Below, one piece after another: positions 28,364 through 37,509 of a stretch of 64,000 nt of DNA. The stretch is from Mycobacteriales bacterium (GTDB lineage Bacteria; Actinomycetota; Actinomycetes; Mycobacteriales; QHCD01): NCBI GenBank assembly GCA_040414495.1, contig JBEDUI010000199.1, positions 956-64,955 of the forward strand, in the 5' to 3' direction. Each line of letters begins with the position of its first letter. Within the stretch, counting starts at the first letter, position 1. The notes under the pieces were generated by a model. That model saw only the letters and a program-made list of their open reading frames with translations, was not told the DNA's origin and searched no databases. Made by a program: the position numbers and the translations under genes.

Positions 28364-29185
28364 TCAGGTCAGGTGATCCATCTCGCCGCTGACCCAACGC
28401 GCATAGCGCTCGGCTGAGCGGGCGAGCGAGGCCTTGGCACCGTCGACGGAACGGCCGAAGTTGTCGTACAGCCGATCGAACGAATACGGCTCCAACCGCT
28501 CGACAACACGGCGCACGGCCGGGCCGGACATCGGCAGCATGTTCGGGTAGCTGCGCATGAACGACACCCAGCCGTCATCCGCGGCCACCATCACCGTGTC
28601 GCCGGCCAGCGCCGAGCCGCGGCCACCGGCGCCATCGGCCCAGATCGCGGCCGCACTACCCCGGAAATGCCCGCCGCACTGGACAAGCGTGAGACCGGGA
28701 AATACCTCGCAGCTGCCGGACCAGAACGTGATCACCGGGTCCGGGCGCGTCACCCACTCCCGATCCGCCTCCGGTACGTACACCGGCACGCCGCCGAAGG
28801 CGTGGCTCCATTCGACCATCACGCCGTACATGTGCGGGTGGCTGGCCGAGACCGCGGCCAACCCGCCGAGCCGGCGCACCGCGTCGATGCCCGCCTCGTC
28901 GATGAACCCGTTCGGGTCCCACAGCAGGTTTCCCGCCGCCGAGGTGGCCAGCAGCGTGCGCTGCCCGATGCCCACCTTCGGTTCCACCGTCAGCCCGTAA
29001 AGCCCCGGTTCGACGTCAGCGATCTCGATCTGGTGGCCGTCCTTGACCAGATCGTCAAGCGTGCTCCAGCGTTGACCGTCCCGCGGAACGTACTGCCGCT
29101 CGTCCGCGCAGATCCGGCACACCGCGTCCGGCTGGTCGGTATCGGCGTATTGCACGCCGCAGGTTGCGCAAATCCATGCTGGCAT
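28364..29185 (-). CDS. MBL-fold hydrolase-like protein
   Basis: ICATCG...CRICADERQYV, SHPHMY, GGHF and SFMRSYPN. Confidence 0.88.
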   Translation of the reverse strand: MPAWICATCGVQYADTDQPDAVCRICADERQYVPRDGQRWSTLDDLVKDGHQIEIADVEPGLYGLTVEPKVGIGQRTLLATSAAGNLLWDPNGFIDEAGIDAVRRLGGLAAVSASHPHMYGVMVEWSHAFGGVPVYVPEADREWVTRPDPVITFWSGSCEVFPGLTLVQCGGHFRGSAAAIWADGAGGRGSALAGDTVMVAADDGWVSFMRSYPNMLPMSGPAVRRVVERLEPYSFDRLYDNFGRSVDGAKASLARSAERYARWVSGEMDHLT

Positions 29186-29229
29186 TCACCCATCCTGCCA
29201 CGGAGCACCGATGTGCGCGCAGATCGCAA

Positions 29230-29601
29230 TTACACGGCAGCCGCGAACAGCAATCCGACCGCCGCGGCGGCCAGCCCGACCACGACCGAGCCGAACACAT
29301 TCAGCACCGACACACGCGCCGTGCCGTCCTTACCTAAAGTCACCGACTCGAAAACAAAGGTCGAGAACGTGGTGTACGCGCCGCAGAACCCCGTTCCTAT
29401 AAGGATTTTCGGCGCATTCGGAAATCCGTGGTAAAGCGCGAGTCCGGTAATGAACCCCAACACCAGCGAGCCGGTGACGTTGATGAGGAACGTCCCCCAC
29501 GGAAATACCGGACCGAATTTGCGCTGCACCCAGGAATCGACAACGTAACGCAGCGGCGCCCCGATGGCGCCGCCGATGGCTACGTAGAGTACCGCCGGCA
29601 T
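29230..29601 (-). CDS. crcB: Fluoride efflux channel CrcB/Fluc (paralog 2)
   Basis: GGAIGAPLRY, PWGTFLINVTGS and GFCGAYTTFSTF; TGATG overlap with paralog 1. Confidence 0.95.
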   Translation of the reverse strand: MPAVLYVAIGGAIGAPLRYVVDSWVQRKFGPVFPWGTFLINVTGSLVLGFITGLALYHGFPNAPKILIGTGFCGAYTTFSTFVFESVTLGKDGTARVSVLNVFGSVVVGLAAAAVGLLFAAAV

Positions 29602-30098
29602 CAGCGCCTCCCCCACCCACTGATCGCGGTGCCGGCGTAGATGCCGAGCCAGACCGCGACCAGTCCAGCCAGCAGACTGGCCAGCACATAGCCGATGGCC
29701 AGCAACGCGTGACCGTCACGTACGAGCAGATCGGCCTCAACCGTGTATGTGGAGAACGTGGTGTACGCACCGATCACGCCGGTGCCGAGAAAAGGGCGCA
29801 GATACCGGGTGTGCGCGTACCGGCTCACTACCAAAGCCAGTAGCGCGCCCAATATCAGTGAGCCGGTGACGTTGGTGCAGAACGTTCCCCACGGGAACTG
29901 CCCGGTCCGCGTCGGCAGAGCGACCGCCAGACCGTACCGGCCGAGCGCTCCCAGGACCCCGCCGGCGGCGATCACCGCGATGATGTCCAGCCGGCCGCGT
30001 ACCGTCCGGACATTCGGAACGAACGGCGGACGGTCGGGATCTACGGGAAGTTGTGGGCTCGCATCGGGCAGCTGCTGACCAGATTGGCCGTCGGGCAT
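29601..30098 (-). CDS. crcB: Fluoride efflux channel CrcB/Fluc (paralog 1)
   Basis: GGVLGALGRY, PWGTFCTNVTGS and GVIGAYTTFSTY. Confidence 0.93.
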   Translation of the reverse strand: MPDGQSGQQLPDASPQLPVDPDRPPFVPNVRTVRGRLDIIAVIAAGGVLGALGRYGLAVALPTRTGQFPWGTFCTNVTGSLILGALLALVVSRYAHTRYLRPFLGTGVIGAYTTFSTYTVEADLLVRDGHALLAIGYVLASLLAGLVAVWLGIYAGTAISGWGRR

Positions 30099-30112
30099 GG
30101 CTCTCCTCTCAT

Positions 30113-30162
30113 CTAGGAGCCATCAGCCCGACGGTGGGCGGTTGTGGCGAGCTCCATCGCCT
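30113..30162 (-). ncRNA. Fluoride riboswitch (crcB motif)
   Basis: The minus strand reads GGCGATGGAGCTCGCC-ACAACCGCCC...GGGCTGATGGCTCCTA, matching the fluoride aptamer consensus, directly upstream of crcB. Confidence 0.93.
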
Positions 30163-30206
30163 CGTTGTTGATGGTACCTAAACGATCGTGGTCGTACCGT
30201 CGTGGT

Positions 30207-31091
30207 GTGCGCATCGTCTCGTTGCTGCCGTCGGCCACCGAAATCCTGTTCGCGCTCGGGGCCGGCGACGAGGTGGTCGGGGTGACGTTCGAATGCGACT
30301 ACCCCGCCGAAGCACGGACCCGGCGCATCGTATCGACCAGCGCGCTGCCGGAGGGCCTGACGCCGGCGCAGATCGACGCCGAGGTGGCCGGCCGGTTGGC
30401 TCGGGGCGAGGACCTGTACCACCTGCGCTCGGACGCATTGGCCGAGCTTGACCCGGATCTCGTTGTGACGCAGGACTTGTGTGCTGTCTGCGCCGTCGAT
30501 CTGTCCCTTGTGGACGATGCGTTGCGGTACCTGGGGAGCCGGGCGCGCGTGTTGACGTTGGATCCGCAGACGTTGGATGAGGTGCTCGATTCGATCCATA
30601 CGACCGGGGTCGCGATCGGACGTTCAGCTGCGCGACTGCTCGGCGACCTGCGATCCCGGTTGGCCACGGTCGAGGATGCGGTCGCCGGCCGGCCCGACGT
30701 GCCGACCGTGGTGCTGGAGTGGACCGATCCGCCGTTCGCGCCTGGGCACTGGGTTCCGGACATGATCGGGGCGGCCGGCGGCAGGGGCGTCCTGGGCGCT
30801 TCCGGGACCCGATCGGAGCGGACCACATGGTCCGAGGTGGCGGCAGCTGCACCGGCTGTGGTGGTTGTGGCGCCATGTGGGTATGGGTTGGCGGAGTCGG
30901 TCCAGGTGACCCGAGGTCTGGTTGATTCCGGGCAGTTGCCGGCGGACGTACCGGTGTGGGCGGTCGATGCCAACGCTTCGTTCGCCCGGCCGGGCCCGCG
31001 GCTGGTGGACGGCGTCGAGGCGCTGGCCGCCATTCTGCACCCGGACGCTGGTTTGCCCGCGCGACCCGAATTGGCCCAACGGATCTTTTAG
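30207..31091 (+). CDS. Cobalamin/iron-siderophore binding protein-like (BtuF/TroA-like, no signal peptide)
   Basis: RIVSLLPSATE, VTFECDYP, TQDLCAVCAV, LEWTDPP, GHWVPDMI and FARPGPRL. Confidence 0.85.
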   Translation: MRIVSLLPSATEILFALGAGDEVVGVTFECDYPAEARTRRIVSTSALPEGLTPAQIDAEVAGRLARGEDLYHLRSDALAELDPDLVVTQDLCAVCAVDLSLVDDALRYLGSRARVLTLDPQTLDEVLDSIHTTGVAIGRSAARLLGDLRSRLATVEDAVAGRPDVPTVVLEWTDPPFAPGHWVPDMIGAAGGRGVLGASGTRSERTTWSEVAAAAPAVVVVAPCGYGLAESVQVTRGLVDSGQLPADVPVWAVDANASFARPGPRLVDGVEALAAILHPDAGLPARPELAQRIF

Positions 31092-32218
31092 TAGTCGATT
31101 TCGATGTCAAGAAACCGGGCGATATCAGCGACTTCGGCCGCCAACGGCTCCTCGGCTGTTTGAGGAATTTGCTCGAACGGCTCGATGGTGACCCGGGCCC
31201 GGCGACGACTGCGGTCCAGCTGCCAGGTGCCGATGATCCGGCCACCGCACAATACGGCCGGCTGCACAAACCCGCCGCCGGTCTGAATTCGCTTGCCGTA
31301 CTGGGGATCCAGCACGTGATCGCGGCTGCGGTAGCCCAGCAGCAGCGGATCGAAATGGCCGAGCAGCCGGACCATATTCGGCTCGGCCAGTACGACGGTG
31401 GCCCGCTCGCGCTCAACGTTCCGCGCCAGCTCGCCGCCCTCCAGGACGTCGGCCGGCACATTCAGCTGCGCCCCGTTGATATCGAAGCGCACGACCTCGT
31501 CCGCGATCAGCTCGAACGCGCGCCGGCATTCGGCCGCGGGCAGACCGGACCAGTAGGTGAAATCCGCCAGCGCCGCCGGGCCATGGCCGTCGAGAAAACG
31601 CCGGGCGATTTCGGCCAGCGCCTCGTCCCGGTCCAGATCGAGTGAGTTCGGAATCCATTCATCGAGCAATACGTAGGTGGGTTCGTCATTGGACCGGTCC
31701 GGTCCACGACAAATCAGCCCGGAATTCGCCGCGTACGCCACGAGATGCGCTGGTGCCTGGGTTTTCGGGTCGATACCTTGATCTATCTGCTCAATTAATT
31801 CTGACCGGGTCAGCGGCCGGCCGCCGCGCAATACCGCTTCGATCGCTCGCAGGGCTCTTGTGCACAAGGTGTCGTCCAGGCCGAGCTGCTGACGCCGACG
31901 CCTCCCGGCGTTCGAATTGACCGGGCCGAAAAGAGCTACCAGCCAGCGCACGTCGGCGGCCGGCACCATATGCAACGTGCCGCGCATCAACCAAGTCCGT
32001 ATCACGCTGCCGTCTGCGCAGGCGCGGTCCACGTCGGCGACCGTGCATCCGGCGGTCCGGGCGCGGATCGCCAGCCGGGGCGGGCCCGGCGCCTGTGCCT
32101 GCACCGCCCCGAGCCGTTGCAGCACCTCGAGCACACCGCCGGCCGGCTCGCCGCTCAGCAGCTGAGCGCGGCAACGCAGCGATGTCAGCTCGGCGGCGGT
32201 CAGATTATCCGGCGTCAT
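31088..32218 (-). CDS. AlkZ/YcaQ-like winged-helix DNA glycosylase (HTH_42)
   Basis: AVQAQ (QxQ), RTWLMRGTLH, DFTYWSGL and LLGHFDPLLLGY. An alternative start lies at 32236. Confidence 0.88.
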   Translation of the reverse strand: MTPDNLTAAELTSLRCRAQLLSGEPAGGVLEVLQRLGAVQAQAPGPPRLAIRARTAGCTVADVDRACADGSVIRTWLMRGTLHMVPAADVRWLVALFGPVNSNAGRRRRQQLGLDDTLCTRALRAIEAVLRGGRPLTRSELIEQIDQGIDPKTQAPAHLVAYAANSGLICRGPDRSNDEPTYVLLDEWIPNSLDLDRDEALAEIARRFLDGHGPAALADFTYWSGLPAAECRRAFELIADEVVRFDINGAQLNVPADVLEGGELARNVERERATVVLAEPNMVRLLGHFDPLLLGYRSRDHVLDPQYGKRIQTGGGFVQPAVLCGGRIIGTWQLDRSRRRARVTIEPFEQIPQTAEEPLAAEVADIARFLDIEIDY

Positions 32219-32240
32219 CGACTTATCCGGCGTCATCGAC
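32205..32240. repeat. Exact 18-bp tandem duplication at a gene junction
   Basis: TTATCCGGCGTCATCGAC at 32205-32222 and 32223-32240. Confidence 0.9.
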
Positions 32241-33440
32241 AGAAACGATGTCAGCGATCCCCCTCTGCGTTGCCGCGCCGGACTCGATGTCGACCGGCCG
32301 GACCAGGGCGGGGCGACGGCCCTGCGCCGCCAGCCCCATCCACGCCTCAAATACCGCGCCACCGGGCCCGTATTCCTTGCGTTGGTCGGCTTTTCGCTCA
32401 TCCGGCAACGCCAGCGCCAGTTTCCGCGGCGCCGGCTGCGGCGGGTTTTGGCGCATTTCAGCCACCACGTCGGCATAGGCCCGACCGGTCGGCGTGATGA
32501 CACCGTCCTCGTCGTAGAGGCCGAGCGTGTGCTCCAAATCCTTGAAATCCGCGAATTTCCGGTTGACCGCATGCGAGGACCACCAGGTCACGCCCCACAG
32601 TGATGGGCAATCGGCCGCATTCCGAACGGTCTGCTGGACGAAATTCTCCACATCCTGCGGCCTGATCAACGGCTGCGGCGCGCCAACCTCCTGCAGCCAC
32701 ACCGGATGGTCCACATCGGACAGTTGCGCCGCCGCCAACTCCACCAGATATTCGGCATGCCGTTGCACCTCAACCGAATCCGAGCCGTACCGCTGAACCG
32801 TACCGTTGAAAACCCAGGAGTGTACGGTCGCGATATCCCCGTACGCCCCAACCTGCGCCGGTGTGAACGGGTGATCCGGCTGGTAGAACACGGCATCGTA
32901 GGTGGAATGCAGGTGGGTTTTATCGGGTGCCCCGCGCCGGCATGCGGCCAGCAACCGGGGCAACCACGCCTCGACCTCGGCCTGCGTCGTTGGGTATTCG
33001 GTGACCAGCAGGTTCATCTCGTTGCCGAGCGTGATTCCGAGAAAGCCAGGTTCATCACGCAACCGACCGGCCACCGCGGTCAACAACTCTTCCTCGGCCG
33101 CGACCGTCTCCGGATCGGCGTAAATGCTGCGCCGGAGCCGCGTCGAGAGCCAGACCGGCATGAACTCCATGCCGGACAGGTGTCCCTGCAGGACATCCAC
33201 GTTGGTGTCCAGACCGGACGCTTTGGCCCGACGTACGAGTTCGGCCAACTGATCGAGCGCCGTCTGATTGATGAACGTACGGTTCGGTTGGAAGTACGGC
33301 CACAACGTGAACAGCCTGATGTGGTCGAGTCCGAGCGCCGCGATCTGGTCGAAATCGCGTGCGGCGGCCTCCAGATCGAGGTTGTACCAGCCGAAGAACC
33401 AGTCTTTTGAGGGCGTGTAATTGGCGCCAAAACGAAGCAT
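32223..33440 (-). CDS. Glycoside hydrolase, GH5-like (probable beta-mannosidase type)
   Basis: RFGANYTPS, DHIRLF, LQGHLSG, LGNEM (acid/base) and WLQEVGAP (nucleophile). Confidence 0.85.
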   Translation of the reverse strand: MLRFGANYTPSKDWFFGWYNLDLEAAARDFDQIAALGLDHIRLFTLWPYFQPNRTFINQTALDQLAELVRRAKASGLDTNVDVLQGHLSGMEFMPVWLSTRLRRSIYADPETVAAEEELLTAVAGRLRDEPGFLGITLGNEMNLLVTEYPTTQAEVEAWLPRLLAACRRGAPDKTHLHSTYDAVFYQPDHPFTPAQVGAYGDIATVHSWVFNGTVQRYGSDSVEVQRHAEYLVELAAAQLSDVDHPVWLQEVGAPQPLIRPQDVENFVQQTVRNAADCPSLWGVTWWSSHAVNRKFADFKDLEHTLGLYDEDGVITPTGRAYADVVAEMRQNPPQPAPRKLALALPDERKADQRKEYGPGGAVFEAWMGLAAQGRRPALVRPVDIESGAATQRGIADIVSVDDAG

Positions 33441-33444
33441 GCGA

Positions 33445-34836
33445 TCACTCCGGAACGTTGTTCGAGGCGGTTACGGACGCGTACCAGCGTCCACTGTCCT
33501 TGATCGTCCGCGCCTGCGTCTCGTAATCGACGTGGACCAGCCCGAACCGACGCGAATAGCCGAACGCCCATTCGAAATTGTCCAGCAGCGACCAGACGAA
33601 ATAGCCCCGTAGGTCGACGCCGTCGGCGATCGCCTGCCGGGCGGCCCGAAAATGCCCGTCCAGATAGGCAATGCGCTCCGGATCGTGCACGGCGCCGTCA
33701 GCCGACACGACATCATCGAAGGCAGCACCGTTTTCGGTGACGTACAGCGGTGGCGGGCCGTATTCCCGGCTCACCCGGACCAGAATGTCGCGCAACCCGG
33801 ACGCGTCGATCTCCCAGCCCATTGCGGTTTTCGGCAAGCCACGGTCGACCGGGACGACGTCGCCGGATCCGACCCAGGCACTGTTCGGATCTGGGGTGTC
33901 ATCGGGGGTACCGGCCCGCACGATGTTACGGGTGTAGTAATTGATGCCGAGCACATCCAGCCGGATACCGATTGCCTGCTCGTCGCCGTCCTGGATATGG
34001 CTGAAATTGGTGATCCGCTCCAGGTCCTCCCGCACATCGGCCGGATAGCCACCGCGCAGAATCGGATCGAGGAAAATCCGGTTGGACACACCGTCGACCC
34101 GGCGGGCCGCGTCGATGTCCACTTCGGACTGGGTCAGTGGCTCGGTCGGTGTCAGATTCAACGTGATGCCGTAGCGCAGATCGGGCCGGGCCGCGCGCAT
34201 CTCCGCGACCGCCTGACCGTGCGCCAGCATCAGGTGGTGGGCTGCCCGGATCGAGGCCTCCGGATCTTGCCGGCCGGGCGCGTGATGGCCGGATGCGTAG
34301 CCCAGGAACGCCGAGCACCACGGCTCGTTCAGCGTGGTCCAGTCGGTCACCCGATCGGCGAACCGCTCGTGCACCGCCATCGCGTAATCGACGAAACGCT
34401 GCGCGGTGTCTCGTTCCGGCCAGCCGCCGCGTTCCTCCAGAGCCTGCGGCAGATCCCAGTGGTACAACGTGATCCACGGCGCGATGTTGTGCTCGGCCAA
34501 CGTGTCCAAAAGCCGGTCGTAGAACGCGATGCCGGCCGGGTTGAGCGGACCGCTGCCGGTCGGCTGCAGCCGCGGCCAGGCCAGCGAGAAGCGGTACGTG
34601 CTCACTCCGAGGTCGCGCAACAATGCGACATCTTCGGCATAACGGTGATAATGATCGTCGGCAACGTCGCCGGTGTCGTTATTCGCGACTTTGCCGGGCG
34701 TATGCGAGAACGTGTCCCAGATCGAGGGAGCCCGGCCGTCCTCGTGCACCGCGCCCTCGATCTGGTAGCTGGCGGTCGCGGTGCCCCAGGCAAAGCCCTC
34801 GGGAAACGGCCCATGGGCAGATGGATCAGTGCTCAC
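33445..34836 (-). CDS. GH1 beta-glucosidase
   Basis: WGTATASYQIEG, TLNEP, YVTENG and WSLLDNFEW. Confidence 0.97.
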   Translation of the reverse strand: MSTDPSAHGPFPEGFAWGTATASYQIEGAVHEDGRAPSIWDTFSHTPGKVANNDTGDVADDHYHRYAEDVALLRDLGVSTYRFSLAWPRLQPTGSGPLNPAGIAFYDRLLDTLAEHNIAPWITLYHWDLPQALEERGGWPERDTAQRFVDYAMAVHERFADRVTDWTTLNEPWCSAFLGYASGHHAPGRQDPEASIRAAHHLMLAHGQAVAEMRAARPDLRYGITLNLTPTEPLTQSEVDIDAARRVDGVSNRIFLDPILRGGYPADVREDLERITNFSHIQDGDEQAIGIRLDVLGINYYTRNIVRAGTPDDTPDPNSAWVGSGDVVPVDRGLPKTAMGWEIDASGLRDILVRVSREYGPPPLYVTENGAAFDDVVSADGAVHDPERIAYLDGHFRAARQAIADGVDLRGYFVWSLLDNFEWAFGYSRRFGLVHVDYETQARTIKDSGRWYASVTASNNVPE

Positions 34837-35235
34837 GGCAGGCTCCTTGCTCGTCGTCGCTGGCTTACTCAGTGCATACCGTACGGTCTCGGTTTTGTTC
34901 TACGGCGCGAGCCGGCCAACTGTGAGCGTTGTCGCCTGGTTGCTCCACTGGAGTGGGTTCAGTCGGCCGCGTTCGGACATTGCCGAGGACCGCCATGCCG
35001 AGCGCACTAAACTTTCAACGAGACTCGTGCTCCGCACGGTCTCGACTTGTCCAGTGTGGTTTGTTCTCGTTATTTCGAAGGCAAGCGGTTATGTGGCTCG
35101 TCGAGCGGATGTCTCGGGCCGCGCCGGAAAAGGTTCGGCAGAAATTCGGTGCGCGCATTCCTCACCACTTGCACCGAAACAACGGAGCTGACGCAACACT
35201 CTGGCCACTATCGAGACCGCATTTCGTCGCTGCGC

Positions 35236-35310
35236 TGGACCGACGGCGGGCGCACATCACTGGACAACCTCGCGCTGCTCAGCCCCCACACCGCTGGACG
35301 GTCCACGGCG
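35236..35310 (+). pseudogene. HNH endonuclease C-terminal remnant
   Basis: WTDGGRTSLDNLALLSPH, then after a frameshift RWTVHG, resembling W..GG.T.L.NL.LLC..HH..VH. Confidence 0.6.
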
Positions 35311-35314
35311 ACGC

Positions 35315-36691
35315 TTACTCGCGCGTTATCGGCGGTGGATTAGGCTCCGGATCTGTTTCCTCGGGAAATCGTCTCGGCCGTGTGAGGTACCGGCGTCCGG
35401 TCGGGCTGGTCCAGCTGATAATTCCTTCCTGTTGCTGCTGAACTTTCCAACCGTCGGGCCGATGATCGGAGTCGGTTTTGAGTCGATGGTGGCGGCGACA
35501 CAACACTTCGAGGTTGTTCGGCCCGGTCTCTCCGACCGGGAAGGCGACCGTATGGTCGATATCGCTATTGCGGGCCGGCTGCCCGCAGCCGGGAAAGCGG
35601 CACCGACCGTCCCGGCCACGAATGTAGGACGCCAGCGCCGGCGAGGGCCGGTAGGTGTTTCTCCCACCTCCGGTGATCCACCCCGTAGCGTCGGTGCGCA
35701 GTGCCTGCCAGATGCCGTCGGCCGCGATCCGGCGGGCCTCGGCGGCCGTGATCGGCCCGTACCCTTCCAACTCCCCGCTCTGCTGATCGACACCAATAAC
35801 CGTGGCGTCGGTGACAACGATTTGAGCAAGCGGCCGAGCCGCCGGCCCGGCCTGACCCCACAGCACATCACGCAGCGCGTCGGCCCGCCGTTGATCCATG
35901 GACCGCCGCTCGCCCGGATCACGAGCGGATCGGGCCAAATCATCGAGCCGGTTGTACAGGCCGACCGCGTCGACCGCCGGCAGCACCGCGATGAATTCGG
36001 CCATGCCATCTGGCAACGGCGACACGAACACCTTGCGCTCTTCCCGGGCACGCTCCTCGCGGTGGGCCGCCGATTCCCGGTCCAGGGCCAACACGGCGCG
36101 CTTGACCGCACGCCGCAACTGCCCCGGCGTCTTACCCGGCGCCTCGCCCAGAACCCGCTGCTCCACGACGGACACCGCCTCAACCGGCAGGTGGCTAGTC
36201 TCCTCGGCCAGCACGCGGGCCTTCGAGAGCGTGATATCGCCGCGCTCCAATGCGGCCAACGTCGCGGGCAATCGACTGGTGAATTCCAGCGCCCGATCCA
36301 GCCGCTGGGTCCCGGTCCGTGGCGCCACCCTCAACGCGGCCGCGATCTCCTCGCCGCAGAATTCCTCGGCCGCCCCGCCCTGACGCGCCCGGCGCTCGGC
36401 GAATGCCGCCATCATCCGGGCCTGGGCCGCAGCTGCCCACGACTGCACCCGCTCCCACCCGACCACGCCCGCCAGCAATTCATCCTCCCCCAGCCGCTCG
36501 GTCTGGGCGCCGGCAATGGAATCGGCCAATACACCCGACACTTCGGCGGTTTCCCAGTCGCACGGCGGCACCGTCGCCGTCGCGATGCTCGCCAGCCACG
36601 CCTCGGTCTGCTCACCCAGCGGCACCTGCAGCATCGGCGCGCCGACAGGGCCGGGCGGCGAACCCGGCGTCGGCACTGCGGCTGCGATCAC
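35315..36691 (-). CDS. DUF222 / HNH endonuclease (13E12-repeat family)
   Basis: RLPATLAALERGDIT, QRRADAL, ELEGYGPI, YRPSPAL, RDGRCRFPGC, DIDH, NLEVLCRRHHRLK and WTSPTGRRY. Confidence 0.92.
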   Translation of the reverse strand: MIAAAVPTPGSPPGPVGAPMLQVPLGEQTEAWLASIATATVPPCDWETAEVSGVLADSIAGAQTERLGEDELLAGVVGWERVQSWAAAAQARMMAAFAERRARQGGAAEEFCGEEIAAALRVAPRTGTQRLDRALEFTSRLPATLAALERGDITLSKARVLAEETSHLPVEAVSVVEQRVLGEAPGKTPGQLRRAVKRAVLALDRESAAHREERAREERKVFVSPLPDGMAEFIAVLPAVDAVGLYNRLDDLARSARDPGERRSMDQRRADALRDVLWGQAGPAARPLAQIVVTDATVIGVDQQSGELEGYGPITAAEARRIAADGIWQALRTDATGWITGGGRNTYRPSPALASYIRGRDGRCRFPGCGQPARNSDIDHTVAFPVGETGPNNLEVLCRRHHRLKTDSDHRPDGWKVQQQQEGIISWTSPTGRRYLTRPRRFPEETDPEPNPPPITRE

Positions 36692-36712
36692 GAGACCCTC
36701 ACACGATCAAGA

Positions 36713-36726
36713 CGAACGTACGTTCG
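36713..36726. promoter_or_regulatory. LexA (SOS) box
   Basis: CGAAC-GTAC-GTTCG, about 21 nt upstream of the DUF222-HNH start. Confidence 0.85.
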
Positions 36727-37509
36727 AATATATGCCGCCCTTACAACCCCCGCAACCCGCTAACACAGCACCCTTTCGAACCCACCAATATTCCGACCCA
36801 GCCAACGCAGACTGGTGGCGCGGGCTGTATTCGGGGTCGGCTGCGCCTTCTCGTTGATAGTTATGTGCTGGTTAATCGGTTGACGATTATTCCGGCGTTG
36901 ACTCTGGGATTGGACTGCGGCGTGGGCGTTCGTGCGCTGACGCCGGAGCGGCAGGCTGTATGAGACGGGTTTCGATCAGTTGCCGGTTATCGGGGGAAAC
37001 TCGGCCCGACCGACCGTGCGGTCGCCCTCGAATTCGTCGCCAACGAAACGACCTGCCGGACGGTTACGCGCTCCACATTCCACAGTCGACGCCACCGAGT
37101 CCGTGTCGGCACGCGTGACTGGACCAGACCGCAGAGGCAATACGCGCGGTAGGAACCTACCGCTGCGAGCGATCGTCGATTCGGGCGCATCGATTTAGCC
37201 GTGCCGAACACATATGCCAATTCAGGCGACAATAGCTGTGCGCCCGGCCAAACCCAATGATCGGATCAGCCCCGAATCCACGATGCCCCTGAGGACGCCA
37301 GCCCGGCCAGAAGGCCCGTACATATTTCGGCACACACGGCGTAAGCTCTGCCCTCCGGTTCATTTGATATACCACCAATGCCGACCTCATGACCAGCCCG
37401 AAATTTCGGTCGACTGTTTCAGAAATGTATCGGGCGACAATATACCGCCGTATTAAATGATAGTTACGCATCTCGACCAAAGGCGGTACGCGACCTAGAA
37501 TTAAACACG

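Noticed and set aside
34921..34935. TGTGAGCGTT upstream of GH1 as a LacI/CebR operator
   Set aside because: Only a half-site match; insufficient support.
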